The notes under the pieces are model-generated. The model ran no database searches. It was not told the DNA's origin and saw nothing but the letters and a program-made list of their open reading frames with translations. From a virus (lineage: Duplodnaviria > Caudoviricetes): a stretch of 64,000 nt of DNA. Location of the stretch: IMG/VR virus record IMGVR_UViG_3300008255_000098, one strand, 5' to 3'. Below, in pieces: positions 10,262 through 20,788 of this stretch; position 1 is the stretch's first letter; each line of letters begins with the position of its first letter. Position numbers and translations under genes: made by a program.

Positions 10262-10885
10262 TTATCCACCAACGGGACCAGTAACTGCCGTAGTTGGGTC
10301 TGGAAAATCAGGTTGTGTCGCAGAATGTTCTTCTGTTGACACAGGGCGTAGGTCATACGTCGTATCTAAAATTTCCATCATCTCTTTGGCAGTTCTTTCG
10401 TTATAATTACTTTGGATATATTTTTCTGATCTGTTTAGAATTAAAGTGTTTAGATCGATTAAAGAACCAAGATTATTAACAAGTCTAGCAACACTCCTAG
10501 TAAAATCTTGTAAATTAATTTTTGGAGTATTCATAACGGGTGGGGGTTTTTCTTTGTTTGAGGAATCACTATCGTCGTCATCAGCTGCTCCGCCGCCGCC
10601 ACCAAGGTCTAAATCTGGTAAATCAGTCTCGCCCGTGCCATCTTCTTTATCTTGTTGCTCGAACAAAAAGGAAACTAAATTAGTAATTTTAGCAGATTCA
10701 AACATTTCCGATGTAGGAATTGACTCCCGTTCATATTGAATTAAATACCGATCAATAGCCTGATCTAAAGAAAATGGTTTTTCTGCGACTGACGCAAAAT
10801 CAGCCATAGATTGTGGACGTTCGATTGGCTGCGTCTCTTTGAGTAAAGATTCTAACAAAACTTCTAAATTTCTATTTTTTTTCAT
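10262..10885 (-). CDS. Hypothetical acidic protein (possible virion/head protein)
   Basis: LLESLLKE leader; G/D-rich linker. Confidence 0.6.
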   Translation of the reverse strand: MKKNRNLEVLLESLLKETQPIERPQSMADFASVAEKPFSLDQAIDRYLIQYERESIPTSEMFESAKITNLVSFLFEQQDKEDGTGETDLPDLDLGGGGGAADDDDSDSSNKEKPPPVMNTPKINLQDFTRSVARLVNNLGSLIDLNTLILNRSEKYIQSNYNERTAKEMMEILDTTYDLRPVSTEEHSATQPDFPDPTTAVTGPVGG

Positions 10886-11820
10886 TATAAAGTACCTGGG
10901 TAATGAGAGGTAACAATATCATCAGAAGCACCAGGAGGCGTCGTTGAAGGAACTTCAAGTCCATTCGCATCTTTGACTTGCCCGATAGGAGCTTCGCCAG
11001 CGGCTGCAAGCATGTCTTTAGGAGCAGAGTTGTATATTGGTCTAATCATATATAGCGCATTTAACTCAGATCTTTCTGCAATAACCATGCGTGCTTCAAT
11101 TACGTTCCAATTAATTTCTCTCATCATTGCAACTATGTAATCATTGATTTCTGTTTCATAATCAAATATATATGCGTGTTCTGACATGTCCATAACCAAG
11201 ATTGGAACAGTGCCAAATGGTATTCCAATGTTATTAGAATCAACCACAACATTCATATAAACGTTTTTATATGGTTCATATACAAGAACACCCCAACCAC
11301 TTCTTGAAGATTTGCAAGTCGCCATAAAATCAAATTGCCAATTTTCAAATGTGCCAAAGTCTCTAGAAAGTTTCATATATGGAATAGCATCAACACTTAT
11401 ATCACTTGCTTGGTCTGCTATATTGTAGAAATACAATTCATGTAGCTTGATACTGTTAAGGTTAAAATTTTCTTCTACTTTTAGTGAACGATATGAACTG
11501 TAGTTTTTATTCGCTTCAAACTTATTTGCACCATCAAGAGCTGCGCTTGTTTTATTGAATGCATCAATACACACTTTATATAATTTTTCTTGTGTTTTTT
11601 TGGTGGTCTCAGAAAGTTTTTCTGTATTGAGAATAAAAGACTGTGGCAAAGCCACGAGTGCTTCTTTCAAAAAAGATTTTGTGGAGGTAACAACTTTAGT
11701 AACTGTATTTTCTAAAATACTTGTTTTGTCATTACCAACAGGGCTTTTGACCTTTTTTTCTGGACGAGATTTTTGAAACGACTCTCGCACAGCACCATTT
11801 ATTATTTGTTTTAGATCCAT
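10885..11820 (-). CDS. Fe/Mn superoxide dismutase-fold protein, divergent
   Basis: LHELYFYNI, DFGTFENW, SGWGVLV, PILVMDMSEHAYIFDY, INWNVIEAR match the SOD C-terminal domain pattern. Confidence 0.8.
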   Translation of the reverse strand: MDLKQIINGAVRESFQKSRPEKKVKSPVGNDKTSILENTVTKVVTSTKSFLKEALVALPQSFILNTEKLSETTKKTQEKLYKVCIDAFNKTSAALDGANKFEANKNYSSYRSLKVEENFNLNSIKLHELYFYNIADQASDISVDAIPYMKLSRDFGTFENWQFDFMATCKSSRSGWGVLVYEPYKNVYMNVVVDSNNIGIPFGTVPILVMDMSEHAYIFDYETEINDYIVAMMREINWNVIEARMVIAERSELNALYMIRPIYNSAPKDMLAAAGEAPIGQVKDANGLEVPSTTPPGASDDIVTSHYPGTL

Positions 11821-11893
11821 AGTTTTTTGTTACTTTCATTTTGTAACAATATTAAATATGCATTAGAATGCAAAAGAAAGTTTCTTTTATCTT

Positions 11894-12958
11894 CTAAGAA
11901 ATATTTTCATATCTATTGTACACATCATACAACTTAGACCTATTAAACTCAGTCCCAAATAATGACATATTACACAATCTGGAATATGCTTCGTAATATG
12001 AGATTCCGTGTGGAGTAAACTTTTCATAATTGCTCGCCACTAAATTTTTTTCTGCCGCACGGCGAACTTGGAATACTATATCTTCTGGTAGTGTTACAAT
12101 AAAATTATTAATCGGCTCTATAAAACTATAAGTGTCTTTACACGAAAAAAGGTACAGGGCGTCACGATTTCTATTTAGTCTTTCAAAGATTTGTTCTTTA
12201 ATCTCTTCGGGTGTGAAATTTTTATTAGATAGCCAATCTTTTATATCAAATTTAAACCATAAAGTAGATAACTTCTTTTTTTTATATTTTACTTCTAAAA
12301 TAGTTGTAATATTTGTGTAGCGTTTAGTTTTTGATTTCATAACCTCGGTATTCACAAATCCTAAAAATATTGCTGTATTTCCGCCAAATGTACTATATGC
12401 TTGTCCTACAAATAAATCAACTGGTTTTATTTTTACCTTTTTCCTTTTATTTTCTTTGGCTATTGCAGCCTTATGTATACCAGACCCTACTTGGATTGGC
12501 AATAAAACATTATTAATAATAGCAAACACAAATTCTCCTGGTAAGGTTCTATCATCTCTAACCTTGCCAAATAAAATTGCGTTTACTAAAACTTCATTTG
12601 ACATTTTTACTAGATACCCGCTAGGTGTCACCACATATATTGTATCTTTGTTTTTATAAGAATCGTTATTTATATCACTTCCAATTCCGAATAAACGAAG
12701 GTTACAAGGAACATTGTCGTGTACGTGCCAAATATTTTCAGTGCTAGATTCAATTCTATCAATTTGTTTTTGTGAATCTATAGCCCAGTATATTCCATAA
12801 TGTACTGGGCCACTAATTTTAGCTATTTTATCTTCAAATTCGTTTCCAAGCATAGACCAATTTTTATACAATAATTTTTTATCTTCTACGGTTTCTTTTT
12901 TGGAGAATATAATTTTTTTTGGTATTCTTGCTGTAAGTTTCATATTATCCTCGATCAA
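11894..12958 (-). CDS. Hypothetical protein
   Basis: 354-aa ORF downstream of dnaE. Confidence 0.65.
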   Translation of the reverse strand: MIEDNMKLTARIPKKIIFSKKETVEDKKLLYKNWSMLGNEFEDKIAKISGPVHYGIYWAIDSQKQIDRIESSTENIWHVHDNVPCNLRLFGIGSDINNDSYKNKDTIYVVTPSGYLVKMSNEVLVNAILFGKVRDDRTLPGEFVFAIINNVLLPIQVGSGIHKAAIAKENKRKKVKIKPVDLFVGQAYSTFGGNTAIFLGFVNTEVMKSKTKRYTNITTILEVKYKKKKLSTLWFKFDIKDWLSNKNFTPEEIKEQIFERLNRNRDALYLFSCKDTYSFIEPINNFIVTLPEDIVFQVRRAAEKNLVASNYEKFTPHGISYYEAYSRLCNMSLFGTEFNRSKLYDVYNRYENIS

Positions 12959-15900
12959 TAACTTCTATTTTACTATAGAACGTTGATAATCCAAAATCAC
13001 TCTTTTCAAACTTAGCTAAAACTAAAGTGTTGCTTGGAATTGGAAAATCTTTAACAGGGTTATACCCCCAAATAAAACAATCTCGTTCTCGACCACTTTC
13101 CCCGAAAATTTTCATTCGCAAATATGGTTTGTTGTTTCTGGTTTTATATTGGGCACTACGTTTTACAACACACCAATACCATTCATGTTTGCTTTTATGT
13201 TCATCTACCGAACCTAACCCTGAAGAATCAAGATATTCACGAACATTTTTAGGAATGATAAGATTAATATCTACAGAACCAGCTAAAGTTTGACTATTGT
13301 TTATTTTTTCTTCAAGCGTCCAATCGTCTAACTCCTGAGCCTCTGCAATTAAAGTTTGTAAAACTTCCTTTGGTTGTGGATCTTTTTTCCGGGCACATGC
13401 ACGTTTGATCTTATCACCATTATCTACTAAAACATAATGCATTTGTCGATAATTTTTGAATGTTTTACCTTTCCCTACTAAATCCATACTAGAAAAAGCT
13501 TCAAGTTTTATAAGAGTAGATAAAGCTTTTTTGTTGAATTTGCTATGCCTCCATGTTTCATCTGGGTTCCAAACTAAATCCTCAATTTTAGTATAAGGTC
13601 TATATTCACGGATTTCTTGTAACGTTGGGACTCCAACATGTTTAAGTGCCTGGAAACTGGGGATCAAAACTTTATTAATTATTTGATAGTCTACATCAGA
13701 AGTATTTATATCCGGCTTTCCTACCTTATAGCCAATTCCTTTTGCGTCTCCTAGAGCCACAGATACTGGGCTTTCTCTTCCAGCCGCCTGCCCTTTATCT
13801 ACTGCACAATAGTCAATATAACTTGCTGTCCATTCGTCTGGATAATAAGTAAGTAACCAAGCACACTGATATGAAGTTATTGTATAAGAGACAGCGTGAC
13901 TTTTGTTAAAGCTGTACGCAATGAATTTTTCAATGTCTTCAAATATTGAATAACTAATACTTTTAGGAATGTCATTAACTTCTAAACACTTGTCAGCAAA
14001 AAATTCTCTAAGTTTTAATCTTTCTTTTGCAGCTTCAACTTTATTAGACATATCTTTCTTCATGAAAGCTTTTCGAATTCCGTCAGTTTCTTCTAGCGGT
14101 ACACCGGCAAGTTTATTGTAAATAAGTTGCAACTGTTCTTGGAAAACAATTAAACCATATGTGTCGCCTAATACCTCCTTTAACAAAGGGTGCTTATAAG
14201 CAATTTCTTCTGGCTTAGCCCTATTCTTAAGATAAAGTTTATCTGCTGATATGCCGAGAGGTCCGGGTCTAAATATTGACGTCGCAGTCGCTAGATCAAT
14301 AATATTCTTTGGTTTCATCTTCATTACAAATTTTTGTACTGGAGATTGAACAAATTGGAATATTCCTGCCCACTTACCTTCTTCATACACCTCTTTATAA
14401 ACCTTTGGGTCATCCATGGTGTTATTATCTGGATGTACATTTTCGTAAAACCATTTACTAACTTGTTCAAAAGTTGGGTGTTTTATCCCTTGGTTTTTTA
14501 AAATCCTTTTGACAGTATTCTCAAAAATTCTAAGAGTTCCCAAACCTAGAATATCAAACTTAAGAAATCCTAAATTTTCTAAGTGTCTGAAATTTAAACC
14601 TTCTTGCCACGGCGTCTGTAGGACACCACCGCTCTTAATAATTGGCATATGTTTTTCTGGTTTTTCTGTTATAATAACTCCACCAGCATGACGACTTACA
14701 TTTCTCATTTGTTTGAACAGAATTTTAATGTTTGTTTCCAGTTCTGGAAACTTATTCATTAGTTCTCTAAATGTTTGAGAATCCTTGGATGCAACATCGT
14801 ATGTTAAAACCCAGCCTTGTCTATCAAAACCGGCATTCTTTTTTGCTTCTGCTAGTGCTTCGGCTTCTATCTTCTTCGTATAGTTATTCACTTCCTCAAA
14901 TGGAACTCCATCAAGCTTGCATAAATCTTTTACTAAAGATCTAAGTTGTAGCTGATTGAAGTTGGATACCGGAATAACATTCTCTTCTCCGAAATGTTCT
15001 GCAATAATCTTTACGGCTTTGTCTCGATCAGCAAAGTCACTATCTATATCCGGAAAGCCCTTTTTAAATCTTGTCAAAAATCTCTCAAACAATAATCCAT
15101 ATTTTATGGGGTCCAATTGAGTTATATTCAAGACATAAGACAACAATGACCCGGCCGCTGAACCACGTGCGAGTCCGCAGAGCATTTGACTAGAAATATT
15201 CTCCATTATTTTTGAATAAGTTAAGAAATATTTTGAGAACTTTAGATGTTTTACTACTTTAAGTTCTTCTTTTAGCCTATCAATATGTTCTTGACTATCA
15301 AGCAACCGTCGATATTTCATTCCAGCAATTGCTTGTCGTTTTAATTCTTGGAATGCCGCTGATTCTTCGCTTATATCTTCACCAAATTTTGCCTCTATTG
15401 CTTTTAAATTTGAATCAGTTGCTAGATAAGAAATTGACGGGAGTTTAACTTTTGTATCTGGCGAAATATCATCAATTTGGTCATGAGCAATATCATATGT
15501 TCTTTCAATTGCTTCACGGACAATATCATCGTCATAAAAATCCCAACCTTTATCTTTTGTAGTTGAAAGATATGTATCCCAAATTTGAGATGCATTTTTA
15601 GGATATAATTCACACTTTAATTCATCTACAGACTTAGGAAGATTTTCTTTGTTCATGTCCATCCCCTTAGAAGCCCACGCCATCATTTTGTAAATTTCTC
15701 TTTGCTTCCAATGTTTTGGATTAGAATAGTGAGCATCTGTAGTCACAACTAACGGAGTTCCTGTACGCTTACTACATTCTATCAAGTGTTGATTTACAAG
15801 ATGTTGCGGTTCCAATCTGTTGAATTGTAGCTCTAAATAATAGTTTTCTTCTCCGAGCGCCCATTTAAACTTGTCTACCATTTCTTTTAATTCATTTTGA

Positions 15901-16637
15901 ATTTCTTCAAAATCATTCATATTTGGCGACCATAAATCCCACTCTGGCTCTGTTTGGTGTCCAAAAACTATTCTACCAGGCTGTCCACCAATACATGCAC
16001 TAGTTGCTATAATATTTCCATTGGAAAATTTCTTTAGCATGTCAAAATCCATACGGGGAAAACGATAAAATCCGTCTATATATGATCTTGATACCATCTG
16101 AAATAAAGATTCAAGACCTTCAATATTTTTTGGCAATAAAACCAAATGGTTCCTTTGTTTCAACGGGTCATTATGTTTATTTTTCTTTGAAGCATCTTCA
16201 TCTTCAACAACAGTTCCACCCTCCATATCTTCTTCAATTTTTTTTGATTTATCAGTTTCAAATGGATTGTTATCTAGTTTTTTTTGAATTCGCAAAGCTT
16301 CTGTAGCATCAGCGTCACCGCCTGCGGAAAGCTTTTTCAAGCTTTTAGTTTCTTTGTCCTTTAAATATAGGTTTTTCCAATCTGCCAATGAATCAATAAA
16401 ATATGCTTCTATTCCAGGAATTGCTTTGAATTTTTGTCCATTTTTATGTAATTTTTGGTTATGCAAAAATTGGTGCGTATAACCATTCATGTTTCCATGA
16501 TCTGTAAGCGCAAGTGCGTCCATTTCATTTTCTATTGCAAAATCTATATGGTCTTGCGGCATACCTATGGCATCTCCTATTGAAAATGTTGAATGGCTAT
16601 GCAGTCCTACAAACTTTTTTGGGTATCTATTTTTCAT
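12945..16637 (-). CDS. dnaE: DNA polymerase III alpha subunit-like (family C, PHP domain)
   Basis: HSHSTFSIGDA, LTDHGNMNG, TTDAHY, ARGSAAGS, LLFERF, FPDIDSDF, SRHAGGV, KFDILGL, FQEQL, YSFNKSHA. Confidence 0.96.
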   Translation of the reverse strand: MKNRYPKKFVGLHSHSTFSIGDAIGMPQDHIDFAIENEMDALALTDHGNMNGYTHQFLHNQKLHKNGQKFKAIPGIEAYFIDSLADWKNLYLKDKETKSLKKLSAGGDADATEALRIQKKLDNNPFETDKSKKIEEDMEGGTVVEDEDASKKNKHNDPLKQRNHLVLLPKNIEGLESLFQMVSRSYIDGFYRFPRMDFDMLKKFSNGNIIATSACIGGQPGRIVFGHQTEPEWDLWSPNMNDFEEIQNELKEMVDKFKWALGEENYYLELQFNRLEPQHLVNQHLIECSKRTGTPLVVTTDAHYSNPKHWKQREIYKMMAWASKGMDMNKENLPKSVDELKCELYPKNASQIWDTYLSTTKDKGWDFYDDDIVREAIERTYDIAHDQIDDISPDTKVKLPSISYLATDSNLKAIEAKFGEDISEESAAFQELKRQAIAGMKYRRLLDSQEHIDRLKEELKVVKHLKFSKYFLTYSKIMENISSQMLCGLARGSAAGSLLSYVLNITQLDPIKYGLLFERFLTRFKKGFPDIDSDFADRDKAVKIIAEHFGEENVIPVSNFNQLQLRSLVKDLCKLDGVPFEEVNNYTKKIEAEALAEAKKNAGFDRQGWVLTYDVASKDSQTFRELMNKFPELETNIKILFKQMRNVSRHAGGVIITEKPEKHMPIIKSGGVLQTPWQEGLNFRHLENLGFLKFDILGLGTLRIFENTVKRILKNQGIKHPTFEQVSKWFYENVHPDNNTMDDPKVYKEVYEEGKWAGIFQFVQSPVQKFVMKMKPKNIIDLATATSIFRPGPLGISADKLYLKNRAKPEEIAYKHPLLKEVLGDTYGLIVFQEQLQLIYNKLAGVPLEETDGIRKAFMKKDMSNKVEAAKERLKLREFFADKCLEVNDIPKSISYSIFEDIEKFIAYSFNKSHAVSYTITSYQCAWLLTYYPDEWTASYIDYCAVDKGQAAGRESPVSVALGDAKGIGYKVGKPDINTSDVDYQIINKVLIPSFQALKHVGVPTLQEIREYRPYTKIEDLVWNPDETWRHSKFNKKALSTLIKLEAFSSMDLVGKGKTFKNYRQMHYVLVDNGDKIKRACARKKDPQPKEVLQTLIAEAQELDDWTLEEKINNSQTLAGSVDINLIIPKNVREYLDSSGLGSVDEHKSKHEWYWCVVKRSAQYKTRNNKPYLRMKIFGESGRERDCFIWGYNPVKDFPIPSNTLVLAKFEKSDFGLSTFYSKIEVIDRG

Positions 16638-18088
16638 TTATCATTTATTTCTCTACTAAAAAGGGTTTGTCCGCAATCCCAAATTTTATATAAACCTTGG
16701 GAATAACCGGAATTTCCACGAAATTTTAATCTATGGTAGGTTCTCTTACCGTCTGTCCACCTAAAACTAACACTTGTTTTTTTCTTTATAAAGCCTAATT
16801 TTAAAAGGTAATTTCCATTTCCATATCGTTCGTCTACAAACGTAATAATTTGTGACGGTTTTTCCGTCTTGATAACTTTGCTAATTAGCCTTGAATATCC
16901 TCCAACAACACTTGTATTGGCTAGCGTGCAAAATCTTGAGATTTCTAAGACTTTAGTTTTTTTGTTTTTCCATTTAACCTGTATGGCTGCAACAAGCTTA
17001 TCATTATTATATAAACCATAAACTCGGCCTGCGCCTGGACCCATTAGGTGATTATCCTGATAAAAGTCTTTTATTGTACTTTTTTTTGTTTCTTCTTTTA
17101 CAATTAACTTTCTTGCAAATAATTTGCAAGTGTTTGCAAGAAGGGCGTTTCCTATAATTGACTTAACAATTATTTCTTTATTTACAATTTCATCACTTCT
17201 AAAGAAAAAAGTTTTATACCCATTTTCCTTGTAGAATTCTTTCTTTTTAAAATGATATTTTTTGTCCTTATTAACTCTATCACAATGCCATGCCAAACCG
17301 TCACATTCAATTATAATATTTTTATGCGGCAAAATAAAATCTGGTCTATAAGTTTTGAATTTTGTAACATCATATAAAATTTCTCCATCATATATTTCAC
17401 TAATAAGTTTATTCACCGTACTCTCAATTCCTGTTTTATTTAGTGAGAGTTTTTTGGCCGTTTCAATTCCTTGTTCATTTGTAACTTGCTTAAAATAAGA
17501 GTATGAAATTTCCAATTCATCTGCCCATTCCAGCATGGTCTTGTTGCCAAATTGGTATGTCAATCCCCTTTCAATTCGTGTATTTCTTGTTTTTTCTTTA
17601 ACAATAGAACTTTTTGTTGCCCAATCTATCCCATATTTTTTTGTAAATGAATTTCTTAAATTTTGTTTTACTATTTCTGCTTGCATTGGGTGTTCAACAC
17701 CATATTTTTCAATACTAGTTTTTCTAACCGCTTCTTTCATTTCACCATTTTCCCAACGATCTTTAAGCAATTTTGATAGTTTATTTCGTTTTTCTTTTGA
17801 AATTACGGCTTTGCCTTCGAGCCGTAATTTTTTGAAGGTATCTATCATCTTCTTATTTTGCTCTTTTGTCCTTTTATAAGAACCGCATTGTTTTCTGGTA
17901 CTTACTCCTAAAGCTAGAGCACAGGACCTACTACAAGTTTTTTGGCTAAGCCGAAAAGAAGTATCCTGAAATGTGTTTTTGCACCATAAACATTCTTTTT
18001 GTCTACGAGCAACACGTTTTGCTCGTTGATTTTTATTATGTTGTTTGAGATTTTTGATTTGTTTTTTAGACTGTTGTTTTTTAGGCAT
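16634..18088 (-). CDS. Putative free-standing homing endonuclease (Vsr/DUF559-like nuclease plus C-terminal GNAT/Mom-like region; Hef-like)
   Basis: Cys motif CLWC...CSRSC, KYGVEHPMQ repeats, RPDFILP...IIIECDGLAWH, then EISRFCT...VVGGYSRL...TFVDERYGNG. Confidence 0.7.
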   Translation of the reverse strand: MPKKQQSKKQIKNLKQHNKNQRAKRVARRQKECLWCKNTFQDTSFRLSQKTCSRSCALALGVSTRKQCGSYKRTKEQNKKMIDTFKKLRLEGKAVISKEKRNKLSKLLKDRWENGEMKEAVRKTSIEKYGVEHPMQAEIVKQNLRNSFTKKYGIDWATKSSIVKEKTRNTRIERGLTYQFGNKTMLEWADELEISYSYFKQVTNEQGIETAKKLSLNKTGIESTVNKLISEIYDGEILYDVTKFKTYRPDFILPHKNIIIECDGLAWHCDRVNKDKKYHFKKKEFYKENGYKTFFFRSDEIVNKEIIVKSIIGNALLANTCKLFARKLIVKEETKKSTIKDFYQDNHLMGPGAGRVYGLYNNDKLVAAIQVKWKNKKTKVLEISRFCTLANTSVVGGYSRLISKVIKTEKPSQIITFVDERYGNGNYLLKLGFIKKKTSVSFRWTDGKRTYHRLKFRGNSGYSQGLYKIWDCGQTLFSREINDK

Positions 18089-18118
18089 AAAAGTAAATAT
18101 GTATCAATCTATTGAAAA

Positions 18119-18330
18119 GGTTGAATGGGAGTGAAGGCTAACGAATTTAGGGGTTTTCTTGCATAGTATTTCCTACCCTAGCTCCTAAAAATTTTATTTA
18201 AGTCCAGATAAGATATTTTTAGTACGTTCAACCCGACTCTTTGAGCAAGAACTTTTTTCTACTTCAGTGAAAAACTTTTCTTTATATTGAAGTGTTATTG
18301 TCGAATAACATACTATATGCAATGAACTAT
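18119..18330 (-). pseudogene. Possible decayed IS200/IS605 tnpB 3' end with omegaRNA remnant
   Basis: Minus strand reads LQYKEK...KNILSGLK* then TAGGGTAGGAA...GAAAACCCC...TTCAA; weak resemblance only. Confidence 0.3.
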
Positions 18331-18556
18331 TTCTCTCAAAAATATTTGATGACAATCCATTATTGACTTTATCAAATTTCCCTGCCGTTAGTGAGTCACT
18401 AAATGTGATTTAAAAATCTATCAAGTTCTATATTTTGCTTATGCAAATTTTTATTATTGTTCATAATGTGATAGTAACACCAGTACTTTAAAAACAAAAC
18501 CCATTTTGTATTTCTACAATCCACGGCTATTTACCTTCAGAATACAAAGGATTAAA

Positions 18557-19465
18557 ATGATAACTACAAAATGGGTAAAATATAAAATTTGGTCTGGTTG
18601 TGCAATTAGCGAAGGAACTAAATGGATTCTAACAAACGAACAAAAAGAACAGCATATGTACCGTGCCATGTATCTTACCTCCCAGCTAGAAACATTTGGT
18701 AAATTTGGACCAATAAACTCATATGATGGTGCTGGAATTTCCGCAGGTTTAGAACATAATATAGCTGTTTTTCCAAAAACTATGACACAAGGCCCATTAT
18801 GGAAAAGTCTTAGAGAACTAGAGCTATATGCGCCGTGCGGAGATTTACGCAAACTTTGGGGAGAACTAAAAAACAATAACAAATATATTGATCAAGATGG
18901 TGTTTTGAGAAATTATTCAAATGGTGCAATAATAACAGCTGCCGAAATCAGAGACATGGTAGCCCCACCTGGCGGAAAAGTTCCTAAAACAGGACCAAAT
19001 TGGGATTCTGCCGTCAAGTGGGCTTTATTATTTCACAAATTATTTACTAACCCAATCACCTTTACCGTTCAAATTAATAGCGCAATTCGATCACTAGTTT
19101 CTGGAAACGGAGTAGCTGAATCTGACGCTTATAAAATTACTGTAGGGGTTGATCATCCAACTGCGTTGCAACGTATTGGCCAAATTTCTCCAGAATATGA
19201 CCTGGCATGGTGTGTGTATCATAGTTTCTCTGTAAACGCTCCAGGGATGGCTCGAAAAGTTTTATCGAACTCACACCCAGACAAAACATCAAGTTGGCCT
19301 CACAGGCTAATCAGGGCTCTAGGAACTACTAACTACGGGCGATGGCATGATACAACAGATAGGGGTAACCGATACGATAGAACTAGACTAACAGCTATGC
19401 ATAGTGGACTTTGGCCAAATGAATTATTTGTTGGCCCAAAAGCTATTATGCCAGAAAATCTATAA
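18557..19465 (+). CDS. Putative lysozyme-like cell wall hydrolase
   Basis: LETFGKFGPINSYDGAGISAGLEH resembles the E..G...aiNsYD.a..S.G..Q muramidase-like motif; ATG 18557 after AAGGA. Confidence 0.5.
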   Translation: MITTKWVKYKIWSGCAISEGTKWILTNEQKEQHMYRAMYLTSQLETFGKFGPINSYDGAGISAGLEHNIAVFPKTMTQGPLWKSLRELELYAPCGDLRKLWGELKNNNKYIDQDGVLRNYSNGAIITAAEIRDMVAPPGGKVPKTGPNWDSAVKWALLFHKLFTNPITFTVQINSAIRSLVSGNGVAESDAYKITVGVDHPTALQRIGQISPEYDLAWCVYHSFSVNAPGMARKVLSNSHPDKTSSWPHRLIRALGTTNYGRWHDTTDRGNRYDRTRLTAMHSGLWPNELFVGPKAIMPENL

Positions 19466-19978
19466 ATTATTTTTTTCTACTTCTGGGTTAATATAAGTAA
19501 ATTGTTTCATAATTTGTTGTTTGTTAAGCATGCTTATGTTAACCCAACCAAAAGTATCTTTATACGCTACTCTAATTCTTCCTTTGTATACAGGAACATC
19601 AGATGTGAAATAAATATAATACATATTTGGCCAAGGAGACTGAACAACTCGGTATAACTTTAGTTTTTTACGTGCTAAAATCATTTCTTCTCTTTTAATA
19701 AGTTGTTTTTCTTGGACATATGATAATACAGAATAACTCATAGGCCATATTGCTTCTGTAAGTTCACCGCCCAAATATAAAAGGCGGTCGCCCTTTATAA
19801 TTTTATATCGGTCTTTCGGCTTAGAGGGACAATTCTTTTTTTCTGGATATAACAATCTGAATTTGCCATTAAAACTATATAACTTTCCGGGTTCTAAACC
19901 AAAATCCAAACAATCAACTTCTTTTTTTTCTTTAGTAGGTTTGTTTTTTCGTGAACTTGCAACTTTATTTTTTTTCAT
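19460..19978 (-). CDS. Hypothetical protein
   Basis: ORF track. Confidence 0.6.
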   Translation of the reverse strand: MKKNKVASSRKNKPTKEKKEVDCLDFGLEPGKLYSFNGKFRLLYPEKKNCPSKPKDRYKIIKGDRLLYLGGELTEAIWPMSYSVLSYVQEKQLIKREEMILARKKLKLYRVVQSPWPNMYYIYFTSDVPVYKGRIRVAYKDTFGWVNISMLNKQQIMKQFTYINPEVEKNNL

Positions 19979-20031
19979 AGTTTATCATTGAATAAGATTC
20001 AATTCTTGTTTAAGATGTAAAAGTGCAATAA

Positions 20032-20787
20032 TCACAAAAACTCGGAAAACGCAGGATTTGTTGTAGTCCCTCTTCTATAATTGTAGAAAGGCATTTTAAG
20101 TACACTAGTTTTTTGTAATAATAAAGTTAATTTTGTATTCATGTCGCTGTCTTCTGCTAACTGACAACGTAATCCTAAATTACCGGGCATAAATTTCATA
20201 CCATGATCCCACAATTGTTTATAAAATAAAGTTGATGCCCCGTGCGTCTCAAAATTTGGTCCCATATAATAATGGTTAATTCCATTTGTATGGAACCCTG
20301 TGAACACATTTTGTGTTACTGCATCGTGTGGTATAATATCAGATATACTTGGGGCGGGGGCATTTACAACAAATTTTGTGGCATTATCAATTTCTTCTTG
20401 GCTGGAACAATTATGAAACCCGCAAAGAGTGTGATAACTTTTCATTTGTTGTAAAGTTTTAACTTGAAATTCCAGTCTTTGCTTACAAGAACTATCATCA
20501 GCATCTTGACATGTTAATAACTGTCCAGTTGCTCTTTGTCCAATACCTCTATTTAAAGCAAACCATTTTCCTCTATTTTCTGGTAGAAAAATAGGCTCTA
20601 CAACTCTTTTATCTAATTTAGATATTTCGTTGATAACTTCTTTACTGTTGTCATTTGAACAGTCGTCAACTATAATTATTTCCAAGTTTTCATACGTTTG
20701 GTCCAAAACAGATTGCACAGCTTGTTTGATATATTGTGCATGATTAAAGTTAGCTACAATAACAGAAATTTTGGGTTCATTACTCAT
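20032..20787 (-). CDS. Glycosyltransferase family 2
   Basis: KISVIVANFN...SVLDQTYENLEIIIVDDCSND, GKWFALNRGI, QDADD. Confidence 0.92.
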   Translation of the reverse strand: MSNEPKISVIVANFNHAQYIKQAVQSVLDQTYENLEIIIVDDCSNDNSKEVINEISKLDKRVVEPIFLPENRGKWFALNRGIGQRATGQLLTCQDADDSSCKQRLEFQVKTLQQMKSYHTLCGFHNCSSQEEIDNATKFVVNAPAPSISDIIPHDAVTQNVFTGFHTNGINHYYMGPNFETHGASTLFYKQLWDHGMKFMPGNLGLRCQLAEDSDMNTKLTLLLQKTSVLKMPFYNYRRGTTTNPAFSEFL

Positions 20788-20788
20788 C

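Noticed and set aside
12945-16637. Intein or intron in dnaE
   Set aside because: The catalytic motifs are contiguous and no C...HN splice signature is present; the only insert is a charged loop in the PHP domain.
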